DNA of 64,000 nucleotides from the NCBI RefSeq assembly GCF_009834535.1, contig NC_045697.1:120034001-120098000 (forward strand). The letters run 5' to 3'. The first letter of the stretch is position 1; the number at the start of each line of letters is the position of its first letter. The translations under genes were made by a program, and so were the position numbers. The notes beneath the pieces were generated by a model. The model was not told the origin of the DNA and did not search any database. It was given only the letters and a program-made list of their open reading frames with translations. This document shows, in pieces, positions 11,701-25,701 of this stretch. Origin of the DNA: Camelus ferus (taxonomy: Eukaryota).

Positions 11701-14700
11701 CCACGCATGTTTCTGGGTGTACTGGTGTTCCTAGGTTGTGGGAGGTCAGATACATCCCACTACAGCCCATGGGGAAGTACTCGCACCTGCTTGGCTTTCC
11801 AGCCCATCCCTCAATTTCCTTTGCAACCCAGTCTGAGGAAACAATCAGGAAATGTAGCTAAAGTTTCTACCAGTGCCCCGGAGCTGCAGTCTGTTGTAGG
11901 AACTTCAACACACACAGGATTCCCAAACACGGCTTTGCTTGGAAGGGTTTTGAAGCCCCAATCCACAAACTTGGCTGGGGGCACAACTTATTCCCTGTTA
12001 GGTAGAAGTTCGCTAATTAGCTCTACAGTCCTTCTCGGGCACCCGCGGCTACTTGGAATTCCAGCCCAACCCCCATTTTTCCCTTGCAGCCTAGCCTGGG
12101 TTAACACAGAAGGATAAGAAGCTATTGGTTTTATTTGAACCCATGCCCTGCTGAAAATTGTGGAAACCTTCGAACACTCAGGATAACAGAACATATCTTT
12201 CTGTGTGTGAGGGAGTAGGAAAACACACTCCAGGCATGTTTCTTGGGGTACAGCTTTTCCCAGGATGGGAGAGGACGCCTAATTAACTTCGCTTCCAATG
12301 TGGAGGCACACTATACTTCTTCACATTCCAGACCAACTCCCAGCTTTCCTTTGAAGCCGGCCTAAGGAAACACCTAGGGATGACAATATTAGCGATTCCA
12401 TCAGAACCTCCTCTCTGCTGACAGTTGGAGGTACAACACACACTCAAAATTCTGGAACATGGCTTTGCTTCGTGGAGGTATGGAGACCAACACCACAATA
12501 TGCCTGGGTTCACAGTTTCTCTCTGTCTGGAGAAGTACGCTCATTACCTCTACAGTCAATATCTGGGCAATCCTGGCTACTAGGCTTTCTAGCCGAACCC
12601 CCAATTTCCCTCGCAGCCCTCCCGGGAACACACTCAGAGATTATAAGCTAGTGGTTCTATTGGAAACCAGGCACTGCAGATTGTTGTAGGAAGCTCCGCA
12701 CACGCAGGATAACAGAATACATTTTTTGTGTCTGATTGAGATGGTAAAAATTCCACGCATGTTTCAGGGGGTACAGGTTTTCCTAGGTTGGGGGAGGTCA
12801 GATTATTCCCATTAATGCCCATGGGGACGTAATCGCTCCTGCTTGGATTTCCATCGCATCCCCCAGATTCCCTTGCAACCCAGTCAGAGAAAACAGTCAG
12901 GAAATATAGCTAAAGTTTCTCTTAGGACACAGGCGCTGCTGACAGTTGTAAAAACCTCCCCATACACAGGGTAACAGAACACTTCTTGGTGTGAGATGGA
13001 GTAGGAATACACAGTACATGCATGTATCTGTGGTGCAGGTGTAACCATTTTGGGAGACGTTGGCTAAGTATCTCCACAGCCCATGGGGATGCACTCAGTT
13101 TTCTTCGAATTCCAGCCCTTCTCCCAGCTTTCCCTTGAAGCCCGGGTTAGGAAAACACTCAGGAATCACAAACTAACTCATTCTATCAGAACCAGTGTGC
13201 TGCTGTATGTGTGGAGGAACCTTCAAACACTCAGGATTCCGGAACTCGGATTTGCTTGGTGCGAATTGTGAAGCCTCACAGCACACTCAATCCTGGGGCC
13301 CAAGATTTTCCCTTTTAGGGCCAAGTCCTCTAATTACCTCCATAGTCCATCTCGGGGCACTCGCTGCTACTTGGATTCCCAGCCCAACCCACATGTTTCT
13401 CTTGCAGCCCAGCCTCGGGTAACACAGAGGGAAAAGAAGCTATTGGTGCTATTCGAACCCATGCCCTGCTGACAAATGTGGAAACCTTCGAACACTCAGG
13501 ATAACAGATGATTTCTTTCTGTGTGTGATGTAGTAGGAAAACACACTCCAGGCATTTTTATGGGGATCCAGGTTTTCCCAGTTTGGGAGATGTCGGCTAC
13601 ATTCCTTCAGTGCCCATGGTGTGGCACTGTCTTCTTCTTCCTTTTCAAGCCCAACTCCCAGCTTTCCCTTGCAGCCCGGACAAGTGAAACACCCATGGAA
13701 GACAAATAAGTGATTCTATCAGAACCCCGGCGTTGCTGTCTGTTGGAGGATCCTCCAAAGCTTCAGGATTCTGGAACACGTCTTTTAGTGTGGGGAGTTG
13801 TGGAACCCCAATCCACGCAGATGGATGGGGTCACAGATTTGTCCCTGTTAGGGAGAAGTCCGCTAAGTACCTCCACAATGAATCTTGGGGTACTCACTTC
13901 TTCTTAGATTTTCAGCCTATCCCCCAATTTTCACTCGCAGCCCTGCCTTGTTAAGCACTCAGTGATAATAAGCTATGTTTCTATTGGAACCCAGGTGCTG
14001 CAGACAATTGTAGGAACATCCCCACACTCAGAAAACACAACAATATTTTAAGTGTCTCATTTAGATGGGTAAACTAAATTCACGCATGTTTCAGATTGTA
14101 TAGGAGTTCCTAGGTTGTGGGAGTTCGGATATTTACATCCACTGTCCATGGGGAGTCCCTTGCCGTTGCTTGGATTCCAGCCAATCCCCCAGCATTCCCT
14201 CGCATCCCGGCCTGTGAAAACACTCAGGGAAAAGAAGCTACAGTTCCTATTAAAACTAAGGCACTCCTGACAGTTGTAGAAACCTCACTACACTAAGGAA
14301 AACAGAACACAGCTTTGTGTGTGTGATGGATAAGGAAAACACTGTAAGGCATGTCTCTGGGGTTCAGGTGTTCGCAGGTTGTGAAATGTTTGCAAATTAC
14401 CTCCACTGCCCATGGGGAAGCACTCTCTTCTTCTTCGATATCCAGCCCTAATCCTAGCATTCACTTGCAGCCCCACCGTAGAAAACACCCAGGGATGACA
14501 AACTAAATAATTCTATCAGAACAAGGGTGCTGCTGTATGTTCGAGGAACCTCCAAACACTCAGGATTCCGGAACATGGATTTGCTTGTGGCGAATTGTGA
14601 AGCCCAACAGCACACTCATTGCTGTGGCCCAAGAATTTCCCTTTTTGGGGCTAAGTCCGCTAATTACCTCCATAGTCCATCTCGGGGCACTCGCTGCTAC

Positions 14701-15093
14701 TTGGATTTCCAGCCCAAACCCAAGCTTTCCCTCGCAGTTCGGCCTCGGAAAACACACAGGGAAAATATATTATTGGTTGTAATGGAACCCAGTCTCTACC
14801 TAAATTTGTAGGAACCTTCCCATAACTAGGATAAAAGAAGAAACATTTGTGTGTCTGATGGAGATGGGTAAACACACTCCAAGCATGTATCAGTGTGCTT
14901 AGGGTTTCCAAGGCTGTGGGACGTCGGAAAATTACCTCAAATTCTCATGGGGTGTAACTCGATGCTGCTACGTATTACAGCCAAGACCACAGTTTACCTG
15001 GCAGCCAGGCCTGTGAAAAAACTCATGGAAAACAAAATAATGGTGCTACTAGAACCCAGGCGCTGCTGAAAATTGTAGAATACTCCGCACACT
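8736..15093 (+). repeat. HOR unit 2: complete 24-monomer HOR (6358 bp), m1-m24 each present once
   Basis: m1 anchors lie at 8736 and 15094, and 6358/24=264.9. All 24 distinguishable monomer types appear once in order. Confidence 0.9.
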
Positions 15094-18000
15094 CAGGATA
15101 GCAGAACAAATTTTTTGTGTGTGATTATGTAGGAAAAAACTTTCCAGGCATATTTCGGGTGTTACAGCTGTTCCCAGGTTTGGAGATGTCGCCTAATTAC
15201 CTCCACTTCCAATGGGGAGGCACTCTATATTTCTTCGCTTTCCATACCAACTCCCTGCTTTCCTTTGAAGCCCGGCCTAAGGAAACACCTAGGGATGACA
15301 ATATTATTGATTTTATGAGAACCCGCGCTCTGCTGCCTGTTGGAGGTACAACACACACTCAAAAATCCGGAACATGGATTTGCTTGGAGGAGGTATGGAG
15401 ACCTAAACCACAAGATGCCTGGGGGCACAGTTACTCTCTGTTTGGGAGAATTCCGCTATTTACCTCTACAGTCAATCTCTGGGCAACTCTGGCTACTTGG
15501 ATTTCCAGGCGAACCCCCATTTTCCCCCGCAGCCCGCACTGGAAAACACTCAGAGATTACAAGCTAGTGGTTCTATTGGAACTCAGGCACTGCAGACCGT
15601 TGTAGGAAGCTCCGCACATGCAGGATAACAGAACACATTTTGTGTGTCTTATTGAGATTCTAAAATCTCCATGCATGTTTGAAGGGGTACAGGTTTTCCT
15701 AGATTGGGGGTGTTCAGATTATTCAGAGTTAATGCCCATGGGGTGTTAATCGCTCCTGCTTGGATTTCCATCATATCCCCGAGTTTCCCTTGCAACCCAG
15801 TCAGAGAAAACAGTCAGGAAATTTAGCTAAATTTTCTATTGGAACCCTGGCGATGCTGAGAGTTGTAGAAACTTCTCCATACACAGTTTAACAGAACACT
15901 TCTTTGTGTGTGTGATTGAGTAGGAAAACAGAGTCCATGCATGTCTCTGGGGTGCAGGTGTAACCAGGCTGTGAGACGTTGGCTAAGTATCTCCACAGCC
16001 CATGGGGAGGCACTCAGTTTTTCTTCGTTTACAGCCCTACTCCCAGCTTTCCATTGCAGCCCGGGTTGGAAAACACCCAGGGATGACAAACTAAATGATT
16101 CTATCAGAAATCAGGCGCTACTGTCTCTTGGAGGAACCTCCACACACACAGGATTAACAAACACGTCTTTGCTTGGGAGAATTGTAAAGCCCCACTCCAC
16201 ACACAAGGCTGAGGGCACAAGTTTTTCCCTGTTAGGTAGAAGTCCGCTAATTACCTCTGCAGACAATCATGGGGCACTCGCATCTACTTGGATTTCCATC
16301 CCAACCCCCAGGATTCCCTTGCAGCCCGGCCTGGGGAAACACACAGGGAAAGAATCTACTGGTGCTATTAGAACACATGCGAGGCTGACATTTGTGGAAA
16401 ACTTCGAACACTCATGATAACAGAGCACATCTTTCTGTGTGTGAAGGAGTAGTAAAACACACTCCAGTCATATTTCTGGGGATCCAGTTTTTCCCAGGTT
16501 GGGAGATGTCGGCTAGATTCCTTCAATGCCCATGTTGATGCATTGACTTCTTCTTCGTTTTCAAGCCCAACTCCCAACTTTCCCTTGCATCCCGGTCTAG
16601 GATTATACCCAGGGATGACAGTCTAAGTGATTTTTTCAGAGCTACGATGCTGCTGTATTTTTTAGGAACTTCCAGAAACTTAGGATTCTGGATCACTTCT
16701 ATGCTTGGGGGTAGCTTTGGAGACCCACACCACAGAGATGGCTTGGGGCACAGGTTTTTCCCTGTTAGGGAGATGTCCGCTAATTACCTCCACATTCCAT
16801 CACGAGTCACTCGCTGCAACATGGCTTTCCAGCGCAAGCACAGCATTCCCTCGCAGGCCGGGCTGGGAATACAATCAGGGATAATAATCCAGTGGTTCTA
16901 TTGGAACCCAGGTGCTGCAGAACATTGTAGGATACTCCCCACACCCAGGACAAGAGAACACTTCTTTGTGTGTCTCATGAAGTTTCCTAAAAATACTCCA
17001 CGCGTGTTTCAGTGGTTAAGGTGTTGCTAGATAGTGGGAGTTCGGAAAATTCCCACCAATGCCCATGGGGAGGCACTCGCTCCTGCTTGGCTTTCCAGCC
17101 CAACCCCCAGCTTTCCCTCTCAGCACGGCCTGGGAAAACACTCAGGGATAATATGCTATTGGTTGTATTGGAACCCAGTAGCTACCTACCTTTGTAGGCT
17201 CCTTCCCACATCTGGGATAACAGAAGAAAATTTTGTGTGTCTGATGTAGATGGGTAAACAAACTCCACGCATATTTCAGGGGGCACAGGTGTTCCAAGGC
17301 TGTGGGACGTCGGAAAATTACCTCAAATTCTCATGGGGTGTATCTCACTGCTGCTACGAAATACAGCCAAACCCACAGCTTTACCTCGCAGCTAGGCTTG
17401 TGTAAACACTCACGGAAAAGAAAATACTGGTGCTATTAGAACACAGGCGCTGCTGATATTTGTAGAATCCTCCCCACACTCAGGATAGCAGAACACATTT
17501 TTGTGTGTGTGATGGTGTAGCAAAATACACTCCATGCATATTAATGGGGGTACAGCTGTTCCCAGGTTTGGAGATGTCGCCTAATTACCTCCACTGTCAA
17601 TGGGGAGGCACTCTATACTTCTTCGCTTTCCAGACTAATTCCCAGCTTTCCTTTGAAGCCCGGCCTAAGGAAACACCTAGGGATGACAATATTTGCGATT
17701 CTATCAGAACCCCATCTCTGCTGACATTTGGAGGTAAAACACACACTCAAAATTCTGGAACATGGCTTTGCTTGGTGGAGGTATGGAGACCAACACCACA
17801 ATATGCCTGGGGGCACAGTTTCTCTCTGTCTGGTAGAAGTCCGCTCATTACCTCTACAATCAATCTCTGGGTAAACCTGGCTAATTGGCTTTCCAGCCGA
17901 ACCCCCAGTTTCCCTCGTATCCCGCCCTGGAACACACTAAGAGATTATAAGCTAGTGGTTCTATTGGAACCCAGGCACTGCAGACCGTTTTAGGTAGCTC

Positions 18001-20397
18001 CACACACGCAGGTTAACAGAAAATTTATTTTGTGTCTGATAGAGATGTAAAAAATTCCACGCATGTTTCAGCGGGTACAGTTTTACCCAGGTACGGGGAG
18101 GTCAGATTATTCCCATTAATGCCCATGGGGAGGTAATCGCTCCTGCTTGTATTTCCATACCATCCCCCAGTTTCCCTTGCAACCCAGTCAGAGAAAACAG
18201 TCAGGAAATATAGCTAAAATTTCTGTTAGAAACCAGGCGCTGCTGACAGTTGTAGAAACCTCCCCATACACAGGGAAACAGAACACTTCTTTGTGTGTGA
18301 GATGGAGTAGAAATAAACAGTACATGCATGTATCAATGGTGCAGGTGTAACCAGTTTGGGAGACTTTGGCTAAGTATCTCCACAGCCCATGGGGATGCAC
18401 TCTGTTTTCTTTGATTTCCAGCCCTACTCCCAGCTTTCCCTTGCAGCCCGTGTTAGGAAAACACTCAGGGATGACAAACTAAATCATTCTATCAGAAGCA
18501 GTGCGCTGCTGTATGTGTGGAGGAACTTCCAAACACTCAATATTCTGGAAAACGTATTTGCTTGGTGCGAAATGTGAAACCCCACAGCACACTCAAACCT
18601 GGGGCCCAAGATTTTCCCTTTTAGGGCCAAGTCTGGTAATTACCTCCATAGTCCATCTCTGGGTACTAACTGCTACTTGGATTACCAGTCCAAAACCCAT
18701 GTTTCCCTTGTAGCCCGGCCTGGGGTAACACAGAGTGAAAAGAAGCTATTGGTGCTATTCGAACCCATGCCCTGCTGACAAATGTGGAAAACTTCGAACA
18801 CTAAGGATAACAGAACATATCTTTCTGTGTGTGATGGTGTAGGAAAACACACTCCAGGCATTTTTATGGGGATCCAGGTTTTCCCAGGTTGGGAGATGTC
18901 GTCTTGATTCCTTCAGTGTCCATGGGGTGGCACTGTCTTCTTCTTCCTTTTCAAGCCCAACTCCCAGCTTTCCCTTGCAGCCCGGACAAGTGAAACACCC
19001 ATGGAAGACAAATAAGTGATTCTATCAGAACCCCGGCGTTGCTGTCTGTTGGAGGATCCTCCAAAGCTTCAGTATTCTGGAACACGTCTTTTAGTGTGGG
19101 GAGTTGTGGAACCCCAATCCACGCAGATGGATGGGGTCACAGATATGTCCCTGTTAGGGAGAAGTCCGCTAATTACCTCCACAGTGAATCTTGGGGCACT
19201 CGCTTCTTCTTAGATTTTCACTCTGTCCGCCAGTATTCACTCGCAGCCCTGCCTTGTAAAACACTCAGTGATAATAAGCTATGTTTCTATTGGAACCCTG
19301 GTGCTGCAGACAATTGTAGGTACCTCCCCACAATCAGAATAACACAACAATAATTTGAGTGTCTCTTTTAGATTGGTAAACAAATTCACGCATGTTTCAG
19401 TTTGTATAGGAGTTCCTAGGTTGTGGGAGGTCGGATATTTACATCCACTGTCCATGGGGAGTCCCTTGCAGTTGCTTGGATTCCAGCCCAACCCCCAGCA
19501 TTCCCTCGCATCCCGGCCTGTGAAAACACTCAGGGAAAAAAGCTACAGTTTCTATAAGAACTAAGGCGCTCCTGACAGTTGTAGAAACATCCCTACACTA
19601 AGGAAATCAGAACAAAGCTTTGTGTGTGTGATGGATTAGGAAAACTCAGTAAGGCATGTCTCTGGGGTTCAGGTGTTCGCAGGTTGTGAAATGTTGGCTA
19701 ATTACCTCCACTGCCCATGGGGAAGAACTCTCTTCTTCTTCGATATCCAGCCCTAATCCTAGCATTCCCTTGAAGCCCGACCATGGAAAACACCCAGGGA
19801 TGACAAACTAAATAATTCTATCAGAACCAGGGTGCTGCTGTATGTTCGAGGAACCTCCAAACACTCAGGATTCCGGAACATGGATTTGCTTGTGGCGAAT
19901 TGTGAAGCCCAACAGCACACTCATTGCTGTGGCCCAAGAATTTCCCTTTTTGGGGCTAAGTCCGCTAATTACCTCCATAGTCCTTCTCGGGGCACTCGCT
20001 GCTACTTGGATTTCCAGCCCAAACCCAAGCTTTCCCTCGCAGTTCGGCCTCGGAAACACACAGGGAAAATATATTATTGGTTGTAATGGAACCCAGTCTC
20101 TACCTAAATTTGTAGGAACCTTCCCATAACTAGGATAAAAGAAGAAACATTTGTGTGTCTGATGGAGATGGGTAAACACACTCCAAGCATGTATCAGTGT
20201 GCTTAGGGTTTCCAAGGCTGTGGGACGTCGGAAAATTACCTCAAATTCTCATGGGGTGTAACTCGATGCTGCTACGTATTACAGCCAAGACCACAGTTTA
20301 CCTGGCAGCCAGGCCTGTGAAAAAACTCATGGAAAACAAAATAATGGTGCTACTAGAACCCAGGCACTCCTGAAATTTGTAGAATACTCCGAACAAT
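15094..20397 (+). repeat. HOR unit 3: 20-monomer HOR (5304 bp), lacks m11-m13 through an m10/m14 fusion
   Basis: m1 anchors lie at 15094 and 20398. ORF-track homologues are offset by 5304 (15941/21245, 16647/21951, 17505/22809). Confidence 0.93.
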
Positions 20398-23300
20398 CAG
20401 GATAGCAGAACAAATTTTTTGTGTGTGTTGGTGTAGGAAAATACACTCCAGGCAATTTTCTGGTGTTACAGCTCTTCCCAGGTTTGGAGTTGAGGCCTAA
20501 TTACCTCCAATTCCAATGGGGAGGCACTCTATACTTCTTCGCTTTCCAGACCAACTCCCTGCTTTCCTTTGAAGCTCGGCCTAAGGAAACACCTAGGGAT
20601 GACAATATTATTGATTTTATGAGAACACGCGCTCTGCTGCCTTTTGGAGGTACAACATACACTCAAAAATCCGGAACATGGATTTGCTTGGAGGAGGTAT
20701 GGAGACCTAAACCACAAGATGCCTGGGGGCACAGTTACTCTCTGTTTGGGAGAATTCCGCTATTTACCTCTACAGTCAATCTCTGGGCAACTCTGGCTAC
20801 TTGGATTTCCAGGCGAACCCCCATTTTCCCCCGCAGCCCGCACTGGAAAACACTCAGAGATTACAAGCTAGTGGTTCTATTGGAACTCAGGCACTGCAGA
20901 CCGTTGTAGGAAGCTCCGCACATGCAGGATAACAGAACACATTTTGTGTGTCTTATTGAGATTCTAAAATCTCCATGCATGTTTGAAGGGGTACAGGTTT
21001 TCCTAGATTGGGGGTGTTCAGATTATTCAGAGTTAATGCCCATGGGGTGTTAATCGCTCCTGCTTGGATTTCCATCATATCCCCGAGTTTCCCTTGCAAC
21101 CCAGTCAGAGAAAACAGTCAGGAAATTTAGCTAAATTTTCTATTGGAACCCTGGCGATGCTGAGAGTTGTAGAAACTTCTCCATACACAGTTTAACAGAA
21201 CACTTCTTTGTGTGTGTGATTGAGTAGGAAAACAGAGTCCATGCATGTCTCTGGGGTGCAGGTGTAACCAGGCTGTGAGACGTTGGCTAAGTATCTCCAC
21301 AGCCCATGGGGAGGCACTCAGTTTTTCTTCGTTTACAGCCCTACTCCCAGCTTTCCATTGCAGCCCGGGTTGGAAAACACCCAGGGATGACAAACTAAAT
21401 GATTCTATCAGAAATCAGGCGCTACTGTCTCTTGGAGGAACCTCCACACACACAGGATTAACAAACACGTCTTTGCTTGGGAGAATTGTAAAGCCCCACT
21501 CCACACACAAGGCTGAGGGCACAAGTTTTTCCCTGTTAGGTAGAAGTCCGCTAATTACCTCTGCAGACAATCATGGGGCACTCGCATCTACTTGGATTTC
21601 CATCCCAACCCCCAGGATTCCCTTGCAGCCCGGCCTGGGGAAACACACAGGGAAAGAATCTACTGGTGCTATTAGAACACATGCGAGGCTGACATTTGTG
21701 GAAAACTTCGAACACTCATGATAACAGAGCACATCTTTCTGTGTGTGAAGGAGTAGTAAAACACACTCCAGTCATATTTCTGGGGATCCAGTTTTTCCCA
21801 GGTTGGGAGATGTCGGCTAGATTCCTTCAATGCCCATGTTGATGCATTGACTTCTTCTTCGTTTTCAAGCCCAACTCCCAACTTTCCCTTGCATCCCGGT
21901 CTAGGATTATACCCAGGGATGACAGTCTAAGTGATTTTTTCAGAGCTACGATGCTGCTGTATTTTTTAGGAACTTCCAGAAACTTAGGATTCTGGATCAA
22001 TTCTATGCTTGGGGGTAGCTTTGGAGACCCACACCACAGAGATGGCTTGGGGCACAGGTTTTTCCCTGTTAGGGAGATGTCCGCTAATTACCTCCACATT
22101 CCATCACGAGTCACTCGCTGCAACATGGCTTTCCAGCGCAAGCACAGCATTCCCTCGCAGGCCGGGCTGGGAATACAATCAGGGATAATAATCCAGTGGT
22201 TCTATTGGAACCCAGGTGCTGCAGAACATTGTAGGATACTCCCCACACCCAGGACAAGAGAACACTTCTTTGTGTGTCTCATGAAGTTTCCTAAAAATAC
22301 TCCACGCGTGTTTCAGTGGTTAAGGTGTTGCTAGATAGTGGGAGTTCGGAAAATTCCCACCAATGCCCATGGGGAGGCACTCGCTCCTGCTTGGCTTTCC
22401 AGCCCAACCCCCAGCTTTCCCTCTCAGCACGGCCTGGGAAAACACTCAGGGATAATATGCTATTGGTTGTATTGGAACCCAGTAGCTACCTACCTTTGTA
22501 GGCTCCTTCCCACATCTGGGATAACAGAAGAAAATTTTGTGTGTCTGATGTAGATGGGTAAACAAACTCCACGCATATTTCAGGGGGCACAGGTGTTCCA
22601 AGGCTGTGGGACGTCGGAAAATTACCTCAAATTCTCATGGGGTGTATCTCACTGCTGCTACGAAATACAGCCAAACCCACAGCTTTACCTCGCAGCTAGG
22701 CTTGTGTAAACACTCACGGAAAAGAAAATACTGGTGCTATTAGAACACAGGCGCTGCTGATATTTGTAGAATCCTCCCCACACTCAGGATAGCAGAACAC
22801 ATTTTTGTGTGTGTGATGGTGTAGCAAAATACACTCCATGCATATTAATGGGGGTACAGCTGTTCCCAGGTTTGGAGATGTCGCCTAATTACCTCCACTG
22901 TCAATGGGGAGGCACTCTATACTTCTTCGCTTTCCAGACTAATTCCCAGCTTTCCTTTGAAGCCCGGCCTAAGGAAACACCTAGGGATGACAATATTTGC
23001 GATTCTATCAGAACCCCATCTCTGCTGACATTTGGAGGTAAAACACACACTCAAAATTCTGGAACATGGCTTTGCTTGGTGGAGGTATGGAGACCAACAC
23101 CACAATATGCCTGGGGGCACAGTTTCTCTCTGTCTGGTAGAAGTCCGCTCATTACCTCTACAATCAATCTCTGGGTAAACCTGGCTAATTGGCTTTCCAG
23201 CCGAACCCCCAGTTTCCCTCGTATCCCGCCCTGGAACACACTAAGAGATTATAAGCTAGTGGTTCTATTGGAACCAAGGCACTGCAGACCGTTTTAGGTA

Positions 23301-25701
23301 GCTCCACACACGCAGGTTAACAGAAAATTTATTTTGTGTCTGATAGAGATGTAAAAAATTCCACGCATGTTTCAGCGGGTACAGTTTTACCCAGGTACGG
23401 GGAGGTCAGATTATTCCCATTAATGCCCATGGGGAGGTAATCGCTCCTGCTTGTATTTCCATACCATCCCCCAGTTTCCCTTGCAACCCAGTCAGAGAAA
23501 ACAGTCAGGAAATATAGCTAAAATTTCTGTTAGAAACCAGGCGCTGCTGACAGTTGTAGAAACCTCCCCATACACAGGGAAACAGAACACTTCTTTGTGT
23601 GTGAGATGGAGTAGAAATAAACAGTACATGCATGTATCAATGGTGCAGGTGTAACCAGTTTGGGAGACTTTGGCTAAGTATCTCCACAGCCCATGGGGAT
23701 GCACTCTGTTTTCTTCGATTTCCAGCCCTACTCCCAGCTTTCCCTTGCAGCCCGTGTTAGGAAAACACTCAGGGATGACAAACTAAATCATTCTATCAGA
23801 ACCAGTGCGCTGCTGTATGTGTGGAGGAACCTCCAAACACTCAATATTCTGGAAAACGTATTTGCTTGGTGCGAAATGTGAAGCCCCACAGCACACTCAA
23901 ACCTGGGGCCCAAGATTTTCCCTTTTAGGGCCAAGTCCGCTAATTACCTCCATAGTCCATCTCTGGGTACTCACTGCTACTTGGATTAACAGTCCAACAC
24001 GCATGTTTCCCTTGTAGCCCGGCCTGGGGTAACACAGAGTGAAAAGAAGCTATTGGTGCTATTCGAACCCATGCCCTGCTGACAAATGTGGAAACCTTCG
24101 AACACTAAGGATAACAGAACATATCTTTCTGTGTGTGATGGTGTAGGAAAACACACTCCAGGCATTTTTATGGGGATCCAGGTTTTCCCAGGTTGGGAGA
24201 TGTCGTCTTGATTCCTTCAGTGTCCATGGGGTGGCACTGTCTTCTTCTTCCTTTTCAAGCCCAACTCCCAGCTTTCCCTTGCAGCCCGGACAAGTGAAAC
24301 ACCCATGGAAGACAAATAAGTGATTCTATCAGAACCCCGGCGTTGCTGTCTGTTGGAGGATCCTCCAAAGCTTCAGTATTCTGGAACACGTCTTTTAGTG
24401 TGGGGAGTTGTGGAACCCCAATCCACGCAGATGGATGGGGTCACAGATATGTCCCTGTTAGGGAGAAGTCCGCTAATTACCTCCACAGTGAATCTTGGGG
24501 CACTCGCTTCTTCTTAGATTTTCACTCTGTCCGCCAGTATTCACTCGCAGCCCGGCCTAGTAAAACACTCAGTGATAATAAGCTATGTTTCTATTGGAAC
24601 CCTGGTGCTGCAGACAATTGTAGGTACCTCCCCACAATCAGAATAACACAACAATAATTTGAGTGTCTCATTTAGATTGGTAAACAAATTCACGCATGTT
24701 TCAGTTTGTATAGGAGTTCCTAGGTTGTGGGAGGTCGGATATTTACATCCACTGTCCATGGGGAGTCCCTTGCAGTTGCTTGGATTCCAGCCCAACCCCC
24801 AGCATTCCCTCGCATCCCGGCCTGTGAAAACACTCAGGGAAAAAAGCTACAGTTTCTATAAGAACTAAGGCGCTCCTGACAGTTGTAGAAACATCCCTAC
24901 ACTAAGGAAAACAGAACAAAGCTTTGTGTGTGTGATGGATTAGGAAAACTCAGTAAGGCATGTCTCTGGGGTTCAGGTGTTCGCAGGTTGTGAAATGTTG
25001 GCTAATTACCTCCACTGCCCATGGGGAAGAACTCTCTTCTTCTTCGATATCCAGCCCTAATCCTAGCATTCCCTTGAAGCCCGACCATGGAAAACACCCA
25101 GGGATGACAAACTAAATAATTCTATCAGAACCAGGGTGCTGCTGTATGTTGGAGGAACCTCCAAACACTCAGGATTCCGGAACACGGATTTGCTTGGTAC
25201 GAATTTTGAAGCCCCAGAGCACACTAATTGCTGGGGCCCAAGATTTTCCCTTTTAGGGCTAAGACCGCTAATTACCTCCATAGTCCATCTCGGGGCATTC
25301 GCTGCTACTTGGATTTAAAGCCCAAACCCAAACTTTCCCAGGCAGACCGGACTGGGAATCACACAGGGAAAATATGTTATTGGTGGTAACGGAACCCAGT
25401 CTCTACTTACCGTTGTAGGAATCTTCCCACAACTAGGATAAAAGAAGAAACATTTGTGTGTCTGATGGTGATGGGTAAACAAACTCCAAGGATGTATCAG
25501 GGTGCTTAGTGTTTCCAAGGATGTGTGACGTCGGAAAATTACCTCAAATTCTCATGCGGAGTAACTGGCTGCTGCTACGAATTACAACCAAGCCCACAGC
25601 TTTTCCTGGCAGCCAGGCCTGTGAAAAAACTCATGGAAAACAAAATACTGGTGCTACTAGAACCCAGGCACTCCTGAAATTTGTAGAATACTCCGAACAA
25701 T
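20398..25701 (+). repeat. HOR unit 4: 20-monomer HOR (5304 bp)
   Basis: m1 anchors lie at 20398 and 25702. The unit is near-identical to the next one (ORFs 21245/26550, 22809/28114, 24343/29648, offset 5305). Confidence 0.95.
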
